The position numbers were made by a program, and so were the translations under genes. A DNA stretch of 62,565 nucleotides, filler included, from Chiloscyllium plagiosum (lineage: Eukaryota), in assembly GCF_004010195.1 (NCBI RefSeq). It is 4 parts of one record of this genome, joined end to end, with 100 filler letters (N's around TTAATTAATTAA, not from the genome) between each part and the next. Parts side by side here need not be neighbours in the genome. Positions count along the whole stretch, not along the records: positions 1 to 28,444 come from NC_057713.1; positions 28,545 to 41,625 come from NC_057713.1; 2 more parts are not named here. One strand, 5' to 3'. The notes under the pieces were generated by a model. The model saw only the letters and a list, made by a program, of their open reading frames with translations, was not told the DNA's origin and did not search any database. Shown piece by piece: positions 24,597-37,734 of this stretch; the first letter of the stretch is position 1, and each line of letters starts with the position of its first letter.

Positions 24597-25825
24597 AACA
24601 TAGAACTGTACAACACTGGAACGGACCCTTTAGCCTAACATGATGCCAAAAACACCTAGTCCCTCTGCCTGCCATTGGTCCATATCCCTTCCCATTCCTT
24701 GCTTGTCTTAAAATCCCTTATCATATCTGCCTACCACCACTAGCAGTGCGTTCCAAACTCCTACCACCTGTGTAAAGAACTTGCCCCTCTTGCCTCCTTT
24801 GAACTTAACCCCTCTCACCTTAAAAACATGGCCCCCAGTATTAGATATTTCAACTCAAAGAAAAAGATTCTGATTGCCAATCCTCTCTATGCATTTCAAA
24901 ATTTTATAGATTTCTTTCAAGTCTCCCTTCAGCCTCCGCCACTCAAGAGAAAGCAGTTCTGAGTTTTTCCAGCCTCTCCTTATAGCTCATACTCTCTGAT
25001 CCAGGCAGCATCCTGGTAAACCTCTTCTGACCCCTCTCCAAAGCCTCTACATTCTTGTAATGTGGCGTGTGGCCTAATCAAATTGTTATAAAGCTGCAGC
25101 ATGACATCTTGACTCTTGTACTCAATTTCCCAACCAATAAAGGCAAGCATGCCATATGCCTTCTTCACCACTCTATCTACCTGCATGGACATTTTCAGGG
25201 AGCTGTGGATTTGAACCCCAAGATCCTGCACATCAATGCTGTTCAAAGTCCTGCCATTTACTTTTCTTTAATGTTTGATCTCCCAAAGTGCAGCACCTCA
25301 CACTTACCTGGATTAAACTCCATCTGCCGTTTCTCCACCCATGTCTGCAACTGATCCTTTGACAACCTTTTACACTATCCACAACTTCACCGATCTTTGT
25401 ATAGTTTGCAAACTTACTAACCTATCTATCTACATTTTCATCTAAGTCACTTATGTACATATCACAAACAGCCGAAGTCCCGCTATGATCCCTGTGGAAC
25501 ACCACTAGTCACGGACCTCCAGCCTTAAAAACACCCTTACACCACTACCTTCTGTTTGCTACGGGCAAGCCAGTTCTGAATCCACGTGGCCAAGTCAACA
25601 TGAATCCCATGCTTCTTAACCTTCTGAATGAGCCTACCTTGTCAAAAGCCTTACTAAAATCCATGTAAACAACATTCACTGTTCTACCGTCATTGATCAC
25701 CTTCGTCACCGCCTTGAAAAATTCAATTAAATTAGTTAGACATGACCTGCCCTGCACAAATTTATGTGACTGTCTCTAATTAGGCAATGCTTTTCCAAAT
25801 GTGCATAAATCCTATCCCTAAGAAT
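24597..25825 (-). mobile_element. 5'-truncated CR1 LINE
   Basis: GRSCLTNLIEFF, YMDFSKAFDK, DRVVKKAYGMLAFI; CR1 3'UTR at the left end. Confidence 0.92.
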
Positions 25826-26509
25826 CACAATTCGATGTGATTTTTTAAAAGAAAACAAAGAGGGAATTAAAGCAGTAATTGCCTAGAAATGGGAACTCAG
25901 AGACACAGGCAAACAGAACATTCCAGGAGATCAGGCTATATCTGTATAAGTGTGCCAGAGAGTGGAGGCCACCAGGTTAGACAACTGAGTTTATTAAATT
26001 CATTTATTTGTTCTGAAGTTGAAGTAATAATGAGTTTATTGGTAATCACATTCATCATTTCATTGCTATGAGATTCTCCTTTTTATTTCTACCTAGAATT
26101 TATCTTCTAATCAGCTCAGTTTAGCTTTAGTCAATAATTTAAAATAATCCACTTTTACATCTTCTACTCTCAGAAAAAAATCTTAGCAAAAGTCAAAGCC
26201 ATTTTGAAATTCCAATCTATGTCATACATTTCACAGCAGTTCTTGTTTCAATGCTCAGCTCCTCCACACTGTTATTTCTTAGAAGATTCACAACTACCAC
26301 TTCAATTCAAAAAAGCTTTGATCCTGGAGAAGCTCTCCATTTTATATGATCCTATTTGATCTTATTACTAAACAAGTCAGATTGCAGAGTGGACTGAAAG
26401 TTGTTAGGTTTTGAATGAGGTGTGGTTTATCTATTGCAAGCTCGAGGAATTGCATCTCATTTCCTACATTGGTTCTTTACAGCCTTTAGGATTCAACATT
26501 AAATTCAAC

Positions 26510-27080
26510 AACCTCACACCCTGATTTTCCTTACCAAAATGCAACACCTCACATTTATCTAAATTAAATTCCATCTGCCACTCCTCAGCCCATCGGCGCA
26601 TCTGATCAATGCTGGCATGGTGGGTTTGATCCCCAAAATCCTTCTGTACATCAATGCTGTTCAAAATCCTGCCATTTACTTTTCTTTAATGTTTGATCTC
26701 CCAAAGTGCAGCACCTCACACTTTTTTGGATTAAACTCCATCTGCCGTTTATCCGCCCATGTCTGCAACTGATCCTTTGACAACCTTTTACACTATCCAC
26801 AACTTCACCGACCTTTGTAAAGTCTGCAAACTTATTAACCCATCTACCTACATTTTCATCTAAGTCACTTACGTATATATCACAAACAGCCAATGTCCCA
26901 CTATGATCCCTGAGGAACACCACTAGTCACGGACCTCCAGCCTTAAAAACACCCTTACACCACTACCTTCTGTTTTCTACAGGCAAGCCAATTCTGAATC
27001 CACGTGGCCAAGTCACCATGAATCCCACGCATCTTAACTTTCTGAATAAGCCTACCATGAGGGACCTTGTCAAAAGCCAT
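26510..27080 (-). mobile_element. CR1 fragments; about 26620-27080 duplicates about 25200-25650
   Basis: WAEEWQMEFNLDKCEV and KFADFTKVG; shares deletions with the 25.2-kb copy. Confidence 0.9.
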
Positions 27081-27312
27081 TTTATTCAGATGCTCAGTGT
27101 CATTTCTGCATCAATCAATTGTTTTACTGTAAAAACTGACAGCTCTCATCTCATGTGGTGTTTCTGTCTTTCCCAATCATAATTCCTATTGCTGCTTTGT
27201 CCCTGTTTTTGAAGACTGATGGTTGGTTGTGAACTGGCATGCTGAGGGGTGCAACTGGCAGTTTGTGTGTGGCTCTGGTGCACTGGTGTGAGACTGGTTG
27301 TTGCAGAGGGGT

Positions 27313-27567
27313 AAAAACAATGACTGCAGATGCTGGAAACCAGATTCTGGATTAGTGGTGCTGGAAGAGCACAGCAGTTCAGGCAGCATCCGAGGACAGG
27401 CAAAATCGACGTTTCGGACAAAAGCCCTTCATCAGGAATAAAGGCAGAGAGCCTGAAGCGTGGAGAGATAAGCTAGAGGAGGGTGGGGGTGGGGAGAGAG
27501 TAGCATAGAGTACAATAGGTCAGTGGGGGAGGAGATAAAGGTGATAGGTCAGGGAGGAGAGGGGAGC
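27313..27567 (-). mobile_element. PLE terminus (family B) with hammerhead core
   Basis: Minus strand CCTGATGAAGGGCTTTTGTCCGAAACGTCGA at 27406-27436; collinear with 62323-62565. Confidence 0.85.
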
Positions 27568-27689
27568 CTGACTGGTTGCACTGGCTATCTGTTTCCTGTT
27601 CTGGTTCTTGCTGATTTTTACTCCTCTTCTGCTTAGCTGTTGTTCTGTCTCTCCACAACAAAACAAACTTTGAAATTCTTGGTCATTCA

Positions 27690-28140
27690 TATTGTTCATG
27701 GCATTTCAGCACTGCTGATAAGCTCAGCATTTATTGTTCATCCCTAATTGCCCTGGAGAAAGTTGTGGTGGACTTTCCGCAGGCCAGTCAAGGGTAGGGG
27801 CACTTACATCGATGTTAGGAAAGGAGATCTGGGATTTTAACTTAACACCAGTGAAGGAGTAGCGACATTGTTCCAAGTCAAGATGGTATATTTATTGGGG
27901 AGGAACCTGAAGGCTATGTGTTCTTATGTCTCTATTGGTCTTCTCCTCCTAGGTGGCAGAGGTCAAGGGCTTGAAAATTGCTGATTAATGACCTTTAATG
28001 AGTCTTTGTGTGATATACTACAGATGGTAGACTGCAGCAAAAGTGAATGAATGGTGGAGAGAGTGAATATTTAAAATGACGGACGTGATTGGTGCCGAAG
28101 TGGGCTGATTTGTCTTGGATGGTATTAAGTTTCTTGAATA
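27690..28140 (-). mobile_element. Decayed CR1/L2-group LINE 3' end
   Basis: cagcatttattgttcatccctaattgccct is the reverse complement of the family 3' end at about 29.7 kb. Confidence 0.7.
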
Positions 28141-28172
28141 GTCTGTCTGTAAACTTGACAATTCTAGCAGTA

Positions 28173-28444
28173 AGCTGAAAATGTGTTGCTGGAAAAGTGC
28201 AGCAGGTCAGGCAGCATCCAAGGAACAGGAGAATCGACTCTCGGACATAAGTCCTTCTTCAGGAATGAGGAAAGTGTGTCCAGCAGGCTAAGATAAAAGG
28301 TAGGGAGGAGGGACTTGGGGGAGGGGCTTTGGAAATGCGATAGGTGGAGGGAGGTCAAGGTGAGGGTGATAGGCCGGAGTGGGGTGGGGGCGGAGAGGTC
28401 AGGAAGAAGATTGCAGGTTAGGAAGGCGGTGCTGAGTTCGAGGG
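28173..28444 (-). mobile_element. PLE terminus (family B), hammerhead core mutated (GAGA for GAAA), runs into gap
   Basis: Reverse complement of about 43620-43803. Confidence 0.85.
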
Positions 28445-28544
28445 NNNNNNNNNNNNNNNNNNNNNNNNNNNNNNNNNNNNNNNNNNNNTTAATTAATTAA
28501 NNNNNNNNNNNNNNNNNNNNNNNNNNNNNNNNNNNNNNNNNNNN
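28445..28544. other. Assembly linker N44-TTAATTAATTAA-N44
   Basis: Identical 100-nt block three times; palindromic six-frame-stop spacer. Confidence 0.95.
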
Positions 28545-28771
28545 CATACCCCTACATTTACCCCTTACCTAACACTACGGGCAATTTAGCATGGCCAATT
28601 CACCTGACCTGCACATCTTTGTGGTGTGAAACCGGAGCACCCGGAGGAAACCCCCGCAGTCACGGGGAGAATGTGCAAACTCCACACAGTCAGTCGCCTG
28701 AGGCGGGAATTGAACCCAGGTCTCTGGCGCTGTGAGGCAGCAGTGCTAACCACTGTACCACCGTGCCGCCC
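28545..28771 (-). mobile_element. HE1-type V-SINE, 3' end in gap
   Basis: Collinear with the other HE1 copies. Confidence 0.92.
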
Positions 28772-28918
28772 ATTTCTTGGAAGTTCTTCATAAACAGCAA
28801 CTTACATTTATATAGCACCTTTTTTGCATAGCAATTGTATCAAAGGGCTGCGCAGAATTGAGATCAAACAAAATTTGACACCACCACTTAAGGAGTAATT
28901 GAGACAGTTGACTAATGA

Positions 28919-29096
28919 GTCACCATAGTCTTGAATTAGAGAGCTGACTGGCGGTGGTTGATCCTGAGGTTCACTGTGCCTCAGGGGAGTGGAGAGGTTG
29001 AGAAAAAGAATCTTCATACTAAACTCAGCTGGTGTAGGAATTGGACCAACTCTGTTGGCATCACTCTGCATTGCAAACCAGTCATCCAGATGACTC
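28919..29096 (-). mobile_element. tRNA-derived SINE (second family) inside an L2-like tail fragment (about 28790-29165)
   Basis: Homologous to 34858-35081; host tail aacttacatttatatagcacc. Confidence 0.75.
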
Positions 29097-29419
29097 AAAG
29101 TCTGGTCAAAAATGTAAAAGTATAGCAAGCTCTCAGAGGAGGAGAGAGGTTGAGATATTTGGGGCTGACTGTTATTTATGGACAGTATTTATTGTATAAT
29201 TCCATCAAACTCAGCTTAATTCATAGCATTGTGCAAGGATTCGGTGGAGATCAGCAGAATTACCTGGTGGAATGCAGTCAATGGTAGCATTCAGCTCTTC
29301 ACACTGTTTCAGTAGAATCTCCTCTGATCACCCACTGAAAAATTCTAATTAATTATTTTAGTGAATAGCTTGTTAATACCTGGGAGTGAAATTGATTTTG
29401 GGCATTTGGGCACAAGTGG

Positions 29420-29750
29420 CAGTATATACCATCTACAAGATAAACTACAGCAACTCACCCAGGCTCCTCCTTAGTACTTTTCTAAATCTGCAAACTCTAC
29501 CAGCTTGAAAGACAAAAGGTTGCAGATGCATGGGGATACTACCACCTGAAAGGTCCCATCTAAACCACATCCTATCCTGAACTGGAGCTATGTCACTTAC
29601 TACTCTGACCCTAACAGCACGCTGGGTGTACCTCCACCCCAAAGACTGCAGAGATTCAAGAAGGTGGTTCGCTACCCCTTCTCCAGGCAATTAGGGATAG
29701 GCAACAAATGTTGGATTTGTCAGTGCACTCTTATCCAGTGAAAGAATAAA
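29420..29750 (+). mobile_element. CR1/L2-group LINE 3' end
   Basis: ccatctacaaga..ctacagcaactcacc...ggcaattagggataggcaacaaatg. Confidence 0.75.
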
Positions 29751-30449
29751 ATGCAGCATTTTCTGTGACCAGCATGGTAAAGGTCCATGTGACAAAGGTG
29801 AGAGAATAAATTTAAATGGATATCTTGCAATCACACAAAATGCAAAGGATTTGTAAAGATAGTGCCTTTTTGTATGTTTTAAATTGTGGACTGAAATAAT
29901 AAACCTTTTTTTTAAAAAATCGGGGATTGCACAGATTGCTGAATGACTTGATTCTCAATGAGAGCACTGTTTACACAGCTGCAGATTATATCATTGTTCC
30001 AGAGGGACTTGTATATAAATGAAGCTTTGTTTTCCACAAGTAGATAATTCTAGTCTGTGGCCTAGTAACCAGTTATTAATGTTTAAGGTTTTCTGCATGC
30101 CAGCAGCTTTGTGATCAATTCTCAGCTGAACAGTTTAGGGCTGTGAATAAGATATGAAGAAGCCTTCAGACCACTACCAGCTGAAGAACTGTCTGTTCTC
30201 TGCAGTAAGCCTGAAGCAAACCAGTTTATTTTACCTTCTGCAGTTCCTGCAGCTGTGACTTTAAATTGATGAACAAGAAATCTTTTATAAATGAGCCAGT
30301 CACCCTATGCCTCTTGCAAACCAGTAAAAGCCTCCAAAGAAGGAAGATTGAGAAGCAACATTCTGACTAGCACAAGAATCATAAGAATAATCTCAGCAAC
30401 CCTGTGAACAGGCACCACTGAACTGCTTTCCCAGTCTATTTCCTTCATC

Positions 30450-30580
30450 CATAACACTGTATTCTGCACTCTGTTCTGCTAAGTGATGCACTTTGTACAG
30501 TATGATCTGCTTGTGGAGCATGGCAAAGCAACATTTTTCACTGTGTATCTGTGTGCATGTGACAATAATCAAATCATAAT
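30450..30580 (+). mobile_element. LINE 3' tail fragment (L2 or Rex-like)
   Basis: tttttcactgtgtatct..catgtgacaataatcaaatc; homolog at 21048-21268. Confidence 0.55.
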
Positions 30581-30961
30581 CCATGGTTTTTGCCCTGAGT
30601 GTATGCAAGGGGAGTTTATAAAAGAATTAGAAATTTTAACTAAGAATTATATGCTGACAGAATATACCTTTAACTAGAGTTTAACTTATTTTAAATAATA
30701 ATTTTTGTCAAATCTAGAAACCTCTATTAGCCAACAAGACAAAAAAACCTGCTGCATGCTTTTTAAAATCTTGGAATTTTTGCAACAATTCTGGTAATAG
30801 TGGGGCTTGATGTTCTGTGAGGCGTAGAAGTTTGTCACGTCACATGAAAAATGTAACTGTTTAAATTATTGTAACAATTCCACCTGCGTCTTTAATTCAT
30901 GGCAGGGCTCGATCAACGTGAGTCTCACTATCTGTGCAGATTGTACATAAGTAAGAGCTTC

Positions 30962-31300
30962 ATATCAGATCTTGAGGGAGTGGATATGGAAAGGATGCTT
31001 CCACTTGTGGGGGGAACATAGAACAAGGGGGATGCTGTTTCAAAATAAGGAGTTTAAGGTTGTGATCAGGAGAACACTTTTCTCAAGAGGGTTGCAAATC
31101 TTTGGGACTCAAAAGGCAGTAAAAGCAGAGTCCTTGAAATTTTTTTTAAAGCAGAGGTAGATGACTTCTTGATACGCAAGGGGGTAAAAGGGTATTGGGA
31201 TAGATGGAAATATGGAAGAATCAGATCAGCCATGACCTTATTGAATGGTGGAACAGGCTTGAGTTTACTCCTGCTCCTAATCTGTATGTTCATACGTTAT
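30962..31300 (+). mobile_element. CR1 3' end
   Basis: RTRG.., FKAEVDDFL, 3'UTR gatcagccatgaccttattgaatggtggaacaggc. Confidence 0.8.
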
Positions 31301-31364
31301 TTGTTCTTAAGCTCGTTGTCTTTTTCTAGCCATCAAAGTCATCACTAGAAATCCCGAGACTAGT

Positions 31365-31483
31365 TATTGATTAGAAAATAGCAATCTGTTCAGGGATGTT
31401 ATAATACACCTCTGGCGAAGGTGGGTTTTGAACTCAGGCTTCCTGACTCAGATGTAGGGACACCACCACTGTCACAAGAGCCC
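31365..31483 (-). mobile_element. Short tRNA-derived SINE; related copy at about 56597-56692 (+)
   Basis: Minus strand gggctcttgtgacagtgg...gagttcaaaaccc A/B boxes. Confidence 0.6.
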
Positions 31484-31914
31484 TATCTTGATAGTTACAT
31501 GATGACCCCCCGCACATTTCTCTAATCTGAGCTGTTTTGAGGCTCATATCTTTAGGCCAGTTTCATGGACCTATTTTATGTGCCCTGACAAAATATTGTT
31601 GTGCTAGTTTTAAGATGATAAAAACAAAGCTGCCTGATTTTTCCAGGTTAGGCTGCACATATCTTTGACTTCTATTGATTCTCTTCAAGATTGTCACTTT
31701 TTTACAGCTATTCGGGTTGACTTTTGTTTTTACAATGTGCATGTTACTTTAGCCAAGTTTTAAATGCCACATACTTACATTGATGCGATTTCCATTTGTA
31801 AAACAGTACTGGCTCATTTGATTCTGTAATGAGTGGATTATGAAGATATTGAATGCTACTTGACATTAGTTATGTCTGGATTATTTCTTCTGTCTCTCTA
31901 AATAAATACAGCAA

Positions 31915-33670
31915 TTTTAAAAATAAGCAGAGTGCCAAAATACTTAGTCGGTCTGGTAGCATCTGTGGAGTGAGAAACAGTGTTAACATTTCAGGTCAAT
32001 GCTTCTACCAACAAAACTGGAAAATGTTACACGCAATGAGTTTTAAACAAGTGCAAAGGCAGTGGGAAAATGGCAAAAGTCTCTGGTAGGCTGGAAGCAG
32101 GAGTGTTTGAATGACAACAGGATTCATTAGATAACATCATAGTCACCAACCTCATGCATCTTGCTTTCCCTTCCTCCCAGGTTTCCTCAACCTCATACAA
32201 CTTGCTTCCCTGTCGTTGGCTGAGTCTCCAAACAGGATTGAACTGGTTGATCAATCTCTTCAGACTTGACTTATTCCACATTCATCTCCTGCCTCCTTTT
32301 GCCCATATTCATTCAATCCCTCTGCATCTTTCTTCTCCAGTATCATCCAAGGGCTCTTCACTTCTTCCTTGAATTGAAGCTCAATCAGTTCCCATTGACT
32401 TATCCTATTGCCCCTATCTGAATATGTTCTTACGTTAAACAGTGTCACCTTGGATTCTGCTCACTGCTGGAAAAGGAAATCTGATCAATAAGGGAACTGA
32501 TGTGGATTCCAGCTATACCAGCCACCTTGTAGCATAGGGTACGCCTTCTTTGCTATAATCCTAAGGATGACCGTGACCTCATCTTTTTCTTCTTGTATTG
32601 ATGACAATATCTGTGCCATTTCCTACTGTGCCAAAAACTGGACAATTTAACAAACTTCACTTCCAATATCTACCCTTTCCTCATTTCACACAGTCCATCT
32701 CTGACTCTCTTCCCTCCCTCAACTTATCTGCCTCTATTTCTAGGGACAGGCTTTCAAGCAATATCTACTATAAGCTCACTAGCTACCACAGCAAACTTAA
32801 TTACAATTCCTCCCACCCCATTTTCTGCAAAGACTCTATTCCATTCTCCCATTCCTCCCTCTCCATCGTACATTCTGACAGCTCTAAGCTTCTTCAAAGT
32901 GCTTCCGATACGCCTTCCCTTTTCCTTGATGAAACCTTTCCTTTCACTGTCATTGACAAAGTCCTTGACTCTGTCTGCTAATTCCTGTAATTCTATCTTT
33001 TTATTCAAGCCCTTTCCCTTTTCAGAATCGCAGTAGAGTTCCTCTTGCCTTCACCTTCCACTCCATCAAGCTATACATTCAGCAATCCTTCTTTGCCCTC
33101 TCTTTAATCTCCAGATGCCACATCAAGCATGTCTTCCCCTTTCAGTATTTGGAGAAGACAGTGTGTTTCTGTCATGAAGCCTTGGTTCATCTTTAGTGCC
33201 CCTCAGCACAATGTTCTAGTGCACAACGAGAAATGCCTGCCTGATGAGGCCTCCCTCCAACAATCTAGAGCATTAGATATTCCCGTTTGCTGGAACTTGT
33301 GATCCTTTTGATTTAGTGTAGGCCTGAGAGAGCATGGCTTCCCTGGTCCCTTCTTCCATCAGTTCTCAACTTCACGTGATCAGACACCATTAGGCTCCTT
33401 CTGAATATGCTCAGTAGTTATTGTCCAAGTGTTCAGAAAGGTTGCTGAACGTGTGAATTGGAGTGGAAATACCTTTATAGACATTAATGTTAACAATTTA
33501 CATTAGCCTTGTGTTCAGTCTCTGTGTCCCAAACTCCTGGAAGATTTTATCTGCTGCATTTTGTAGTTCTAATGAAAGGTAACTGACCTTAAAAAAAAAA
33601 TGCCTTCTTGTTTCTCCACAGAAGCTGCCTGTCCTTCTGAGTATTTCCATCACTCTCTATATATTTCACT
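31915..33670. mobile_element. Old PLE remnants: RT fragment on plus (about 32500-33200), plus tail (33570-33670) and an inverted tail at about 31920
   Basis: ORF 32598 IYYKLTSYHSKLNYNSSHPIFCKDSIPFS matches the Penelope RT C-terminal pattern; CIDD just upstream. Confidence 0.7.
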
Positions 33671-34857
33671 GTGTACAAATTCTTTGAACAGCCACTTACT
33701 TTCAGAATCAAATGTAATCACTTGTCTAGCCCTTTTTTATCTTGATATATTCAATGCAGTATTGACTTTTTTTAACATTCTGATGTGAGACAAGAAACCC
33801 ATTTAAGTGGGAAAGCAAAAGCGAGTCCAAGTGATCCCAGGTCTTGGCGAAAGATTAGGTATGAATTTCAGGTGATCCAAAACAATTACTGTGGGGGAAT
33901 GACAGACACTAATTTGCAGGTTTCTGAGCTGATAACTGTACAGTGAGTTCACTAAGCAAACAGCAGTGGTTATATATAGGCTTAGAAACTTCGACATCTG
34001 CCAGTGCTGAGTGAATGTGAGAGACATATTGGGCCAGTCATCTCAAATCAAGTGTCCAAGGTTGCTAAGATCAATGCCGTAGAGCTAGCAGAGGGGTCAA
34101 CATCTCTGTCGGGTTAATAACCTGTCTTAACTGCTTAAAAACACATTTGGATTTGCTTTCTATTGTGTGGGCACAAAGCAAGTCAAATGACAGCACTATT
34201 CGTTCTTTTAAAAGGCTGCCACAGACAATCTTATCATACAGATGTAAAGGTGAACTACTGCTGTTCAGCTGCAGGAAATGTTGGTACCATTACATTCTTT
34301 TGAGCAAGGGAGTTCATAAAACCAGTGTGCCTACCAATCTTCCACATACCCTTTTGAAAGTCAGTCCTAAGAAAGAATGACACACAAACAGTTGATAATT
34401 TCCAATAGTTGCAAAACCTGCTTGTCGCATGCTATTGAAGTAGCATTGATTTAGAAAATTTAGTCCTGATTTCCTTTGCACGATGACACTGTTGCACCAT
34501 TTAGTGCTGCAAAAAGATCAATGGAACAGCAGTTTAGAACATCTGGGTATATCTATGCCATAGTTGTGCTACAGGCAAGTATCCTCAGTCTTTATAATCA
34601 TAGAAATCTTCATTTCATCATTTGTTCCTCAGGGATTTATTACATAATTTCAATCTTCAAATATACAGAGGTTTCCTAAGTGTACATCACTCTGGCACTC
34701 AATACAAAATTACTGTGCCTCCTCTCTCCTCCAAAAACACCTGACACTGAGGGGCTGCAGAGCTGAAAGATCCTTGACATTTCCAGAAAAACTGGAAGCT
34801 AACCCTACCCTCCACACTCGGGTCCACATCGGCCAAGCAACTGGCTTTCCCTGTCGT

Positions 34858-35081
34858 GGGGGTCAGTTAGCTCAGTTGACTGAATGGTTGGTTTGCGATG
34901 CAGAGTAATGCCAGCAATAAGAGTTCAATTCCTGCACCGGATGAAGTTATCATGAAAGGCAAGGGGAGAGGTTGAGAGGAAGAGCCTGAGCTGTGCAGAT
35001 TGTCAGGCTAAACCACCACCAATCAACTCTTACTAATGAGAGAGTGGCCTCAAAATTTGATAAGACTATGGAGATTTACTT
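34858..35081 (+). mobile_element. tRNA-derived SINE (second family) with internal micro-inversion
   Basis: A box TAGCTCAGTTG, B box GAGTTCAATTCC; homolog of 28919-29096. Confidence 0.8.
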
Positions 35082-35715
35082 AGAACAGTATAGCACAGTA
35101 CAGGCCCTTCGTTCCTCACTGTTGTGCTAACTTTTTATCCTACTTAAGATCAAACTAACCTACACACCGTACATTTTACTATCATCCATGTGCCTATCCA
35201 AGAGTCGCTTAAAAGTCCCGAATGTATCTGACACTACTCCCACCGCTAGCAGTGCATTCCATGCACCCACCACTCTCTGAGTAAAGAACCTGCATCTGAC
35301 ATCTTCCCTCAACCTTCCTTCAATCACCTTAAAATTATGCCATGTCGTGATAACCATTTCCATCTGGGAAAAACTTCTTTGGCTATCCACTCAATCTATG
35401 CCTCCCTTTATCTTGTACACCTCTATCAAGTCACATCTCATCCTTCATCGCTCTAATGAGAAAAGCCCTAGCTCCCTCAACCTTTTTTCGTAAGACATGC
35501 CCTCCAGTCCAGGCAGCACCCTGGTAAATCTCCTCTGCACCCTCTCTAAAGCTTCCACATTTTTCCTATAATGAGGTGACCAGAACTGAACACAATATTC
35601 CAAGTGTGGTCTAACAAGAGCTTTATAGACCTGCAACGTTACCTCGCACTGTTAAACACAATCTCTCTGTTAATGAAAACCAACACATGTTACACCTTCT
35701 TAACAACTCTGTCAA
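35082..35715 (-). mobile_element. CR1 3' part
   Basis: [39 protein letters not shown]. Confidence 0.92.
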
Positions 35716-37024
35716 ATTTCCTCCAGTTTTTTGCACACCTTTTTTTAAAAAAAAAGGAAACGTTGACATGCCAGCGTGTCACGTCCAGGAGAATTGAAAA
35801 GCATGGTTGAGAATAGAAATCCTTCCGACATGCTGGATTTAAATTGTTCAAACCACACCTCTCCAGATAGTTCTGATTCTCCAAGGATACCATTCTGACA
35901 CTTGTTCTAACTTTGTTGTGGAGAATTGCAGTCCCACCCCACTGCTCTGTCCATATCAGCTGACTCTGAATTCCTCCAGGTTGCTCCAGGCCATTGGTGC
36001 AACATTGACCAAGGAGCTATCAGCCCATGGCATCCACTGGGGACAGCCTCAGTCATTGAACAGCTCAATTTGTCAGCTATGTCTTATCATCTGGGGGAGT
36101 GGGCACAACCAAACTGGGGCCCAAGTATTTTGCCCTTCCTGAGATGAGTTTGGCAGTATGGGGTTGGGGTATTTGCTTCCTTGGTTGCTTGACCTGCACT
36201 ACACAACACAATTATTGGCCTCTAATTGGCTGACTGCTCTTGGAAGGGAGATGGTGACATCATNNNNNNNNNNNNNNNNNNNNNNNNNNNNNNNNNNNNN
36301 NNNNNNNNNNNNNNNNNNNNNNNNNNNNNNNNNNNNNNNNNNNNNNNNNNNNNNNNNNNNNNNNNNNNNNNNNNNNNNNNNNNNNNNNNNNNNNNNNNNN
36401 NNNNNNNNNNNNNNNNNNNNNNNNNNNNNNNNNNNNNNNNNNNNNNNNNNNNNNNNNNNNNNNNNNNNNNNNNNNNNNNNNNNNNNNNNNNNNNNNNNNN
36501 NNNNNNNNNNNNNNNNNNNTGCTTCCTAATTTCCATATCTGCCCTGGAGTAGGGGTTCTTGATCCTGGGTAGAGCTTTTCTGTGCCTGGTTAGGGGCCTT
36601 AGACATTCCTTTTTCCAAAAGGCTGTGAAACCTGTATTGGCTCACTAGCCTGTGGGCAAGGTCCGCAAGATCTCCATCCGATACCACCCAAGGACTTGGA
36701 TCAACGTCGAGCCATGCCCTCCCTTGCTTATGTAGACTCAGCAGAATGTCTTCCTTAACTGACTGCTGGTGGCAGCATCTCCTTCCTACCTTCTATTCAT
36801 TCTATCTGATGAGACCAAAGCCTCTAACTTCAGCCGAGCAGTAGCTTCCTAGGAATTGTATTGTGTGAGACTGTATTTACTGAATGGGCTATTTCCTGAT
36901 TTGCTGTGATGTTCATTAATAATAAACCATGAGCTAACCTTCCCAGTGTATATCAAGGTGAAGATTTCCATGGTATAGGCTAAGGGTTGGAAAGATGTGG
37001 ATGGATGTCTGTGTATGTATAAAG

Positions 37025-37140
37025 TCATCACCCTGAAACTTTAGCTCTGATTCTCTCCATAGATACTGCCTGACCTACTATGTGTGTCTAGTATTTTCTG
37101 TTTGCATTTCAAATCTCCAATGTCTACAGTATTTTGGTTC
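37025..37140 (+). mobile_element. Old PLE tail fragment
   Basis: cctgaaac...ctccatagatactgcctgacct...gtattttctgttt, similar to 33570-33670. Confidence 0.55.
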
Positions 37141-37734
37141 AGTTGAGGAATGTGTGGTAATTGTGATGTGGGAAATGTGTTTGGTGTGAGGAACTGAAGT
37201 GAAGAGAACGTTGTTACGTTGTGAAAGTTTGTTTTGGGGAATCCGCAGGTGCCCTCAGCCAGTGTGTGAAAGCTTAATAGCTTGTGGACTATGCCTACCT
37301 TTTAAGAGAGTGAAGAATGTGGTCATTCCCAGGCAAGGTGGAATAGGGTGGTTTCACGTTGGCTTCAGCTGCCAGATCCCCACGTGCAGCTTGACTGATG
37401 TTGGTGTCTGTTTTGGTGTTGGAAGGCATTGGGGCTATTATATTAGATTCTGCTGGTGGACAGCTTGAAGCTGGTTTATAGAAAGGCTAGTTGCTTTTCT
37501 GTCTGCTGCCCTTTCATGAAGGAAATAATATAATGCATAAGATGACATAGAGCCTTTGGACAAGACGTATCATCAAGTGGTTTGTTAGAAATTATGTGAA
37601 TGTGTTGTATATGTGGATTCCAGTCGAGACAGGCTGATACTTTTAAAACAGTTATATGGCATCATGATTTGACATTCTGATATAAAGATACCAACTTAGT
37701 ACTGTTCAGGATTCTACATTATTGGAGAGATATA

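Noticed and set aside
29235..29300. Possible exon 2 for the 22664 leader (ALCKDSVEISRITWWNAVN)
   Set aside because: Weak acceptor and donor, no recognisable domain, and it lies across an unverified scaffold join.
34858..34940. tRNA gene
   Set aside because: A and B boxes are present but no cloverleaf; it continues into a SINE body shared with 28919-29096.
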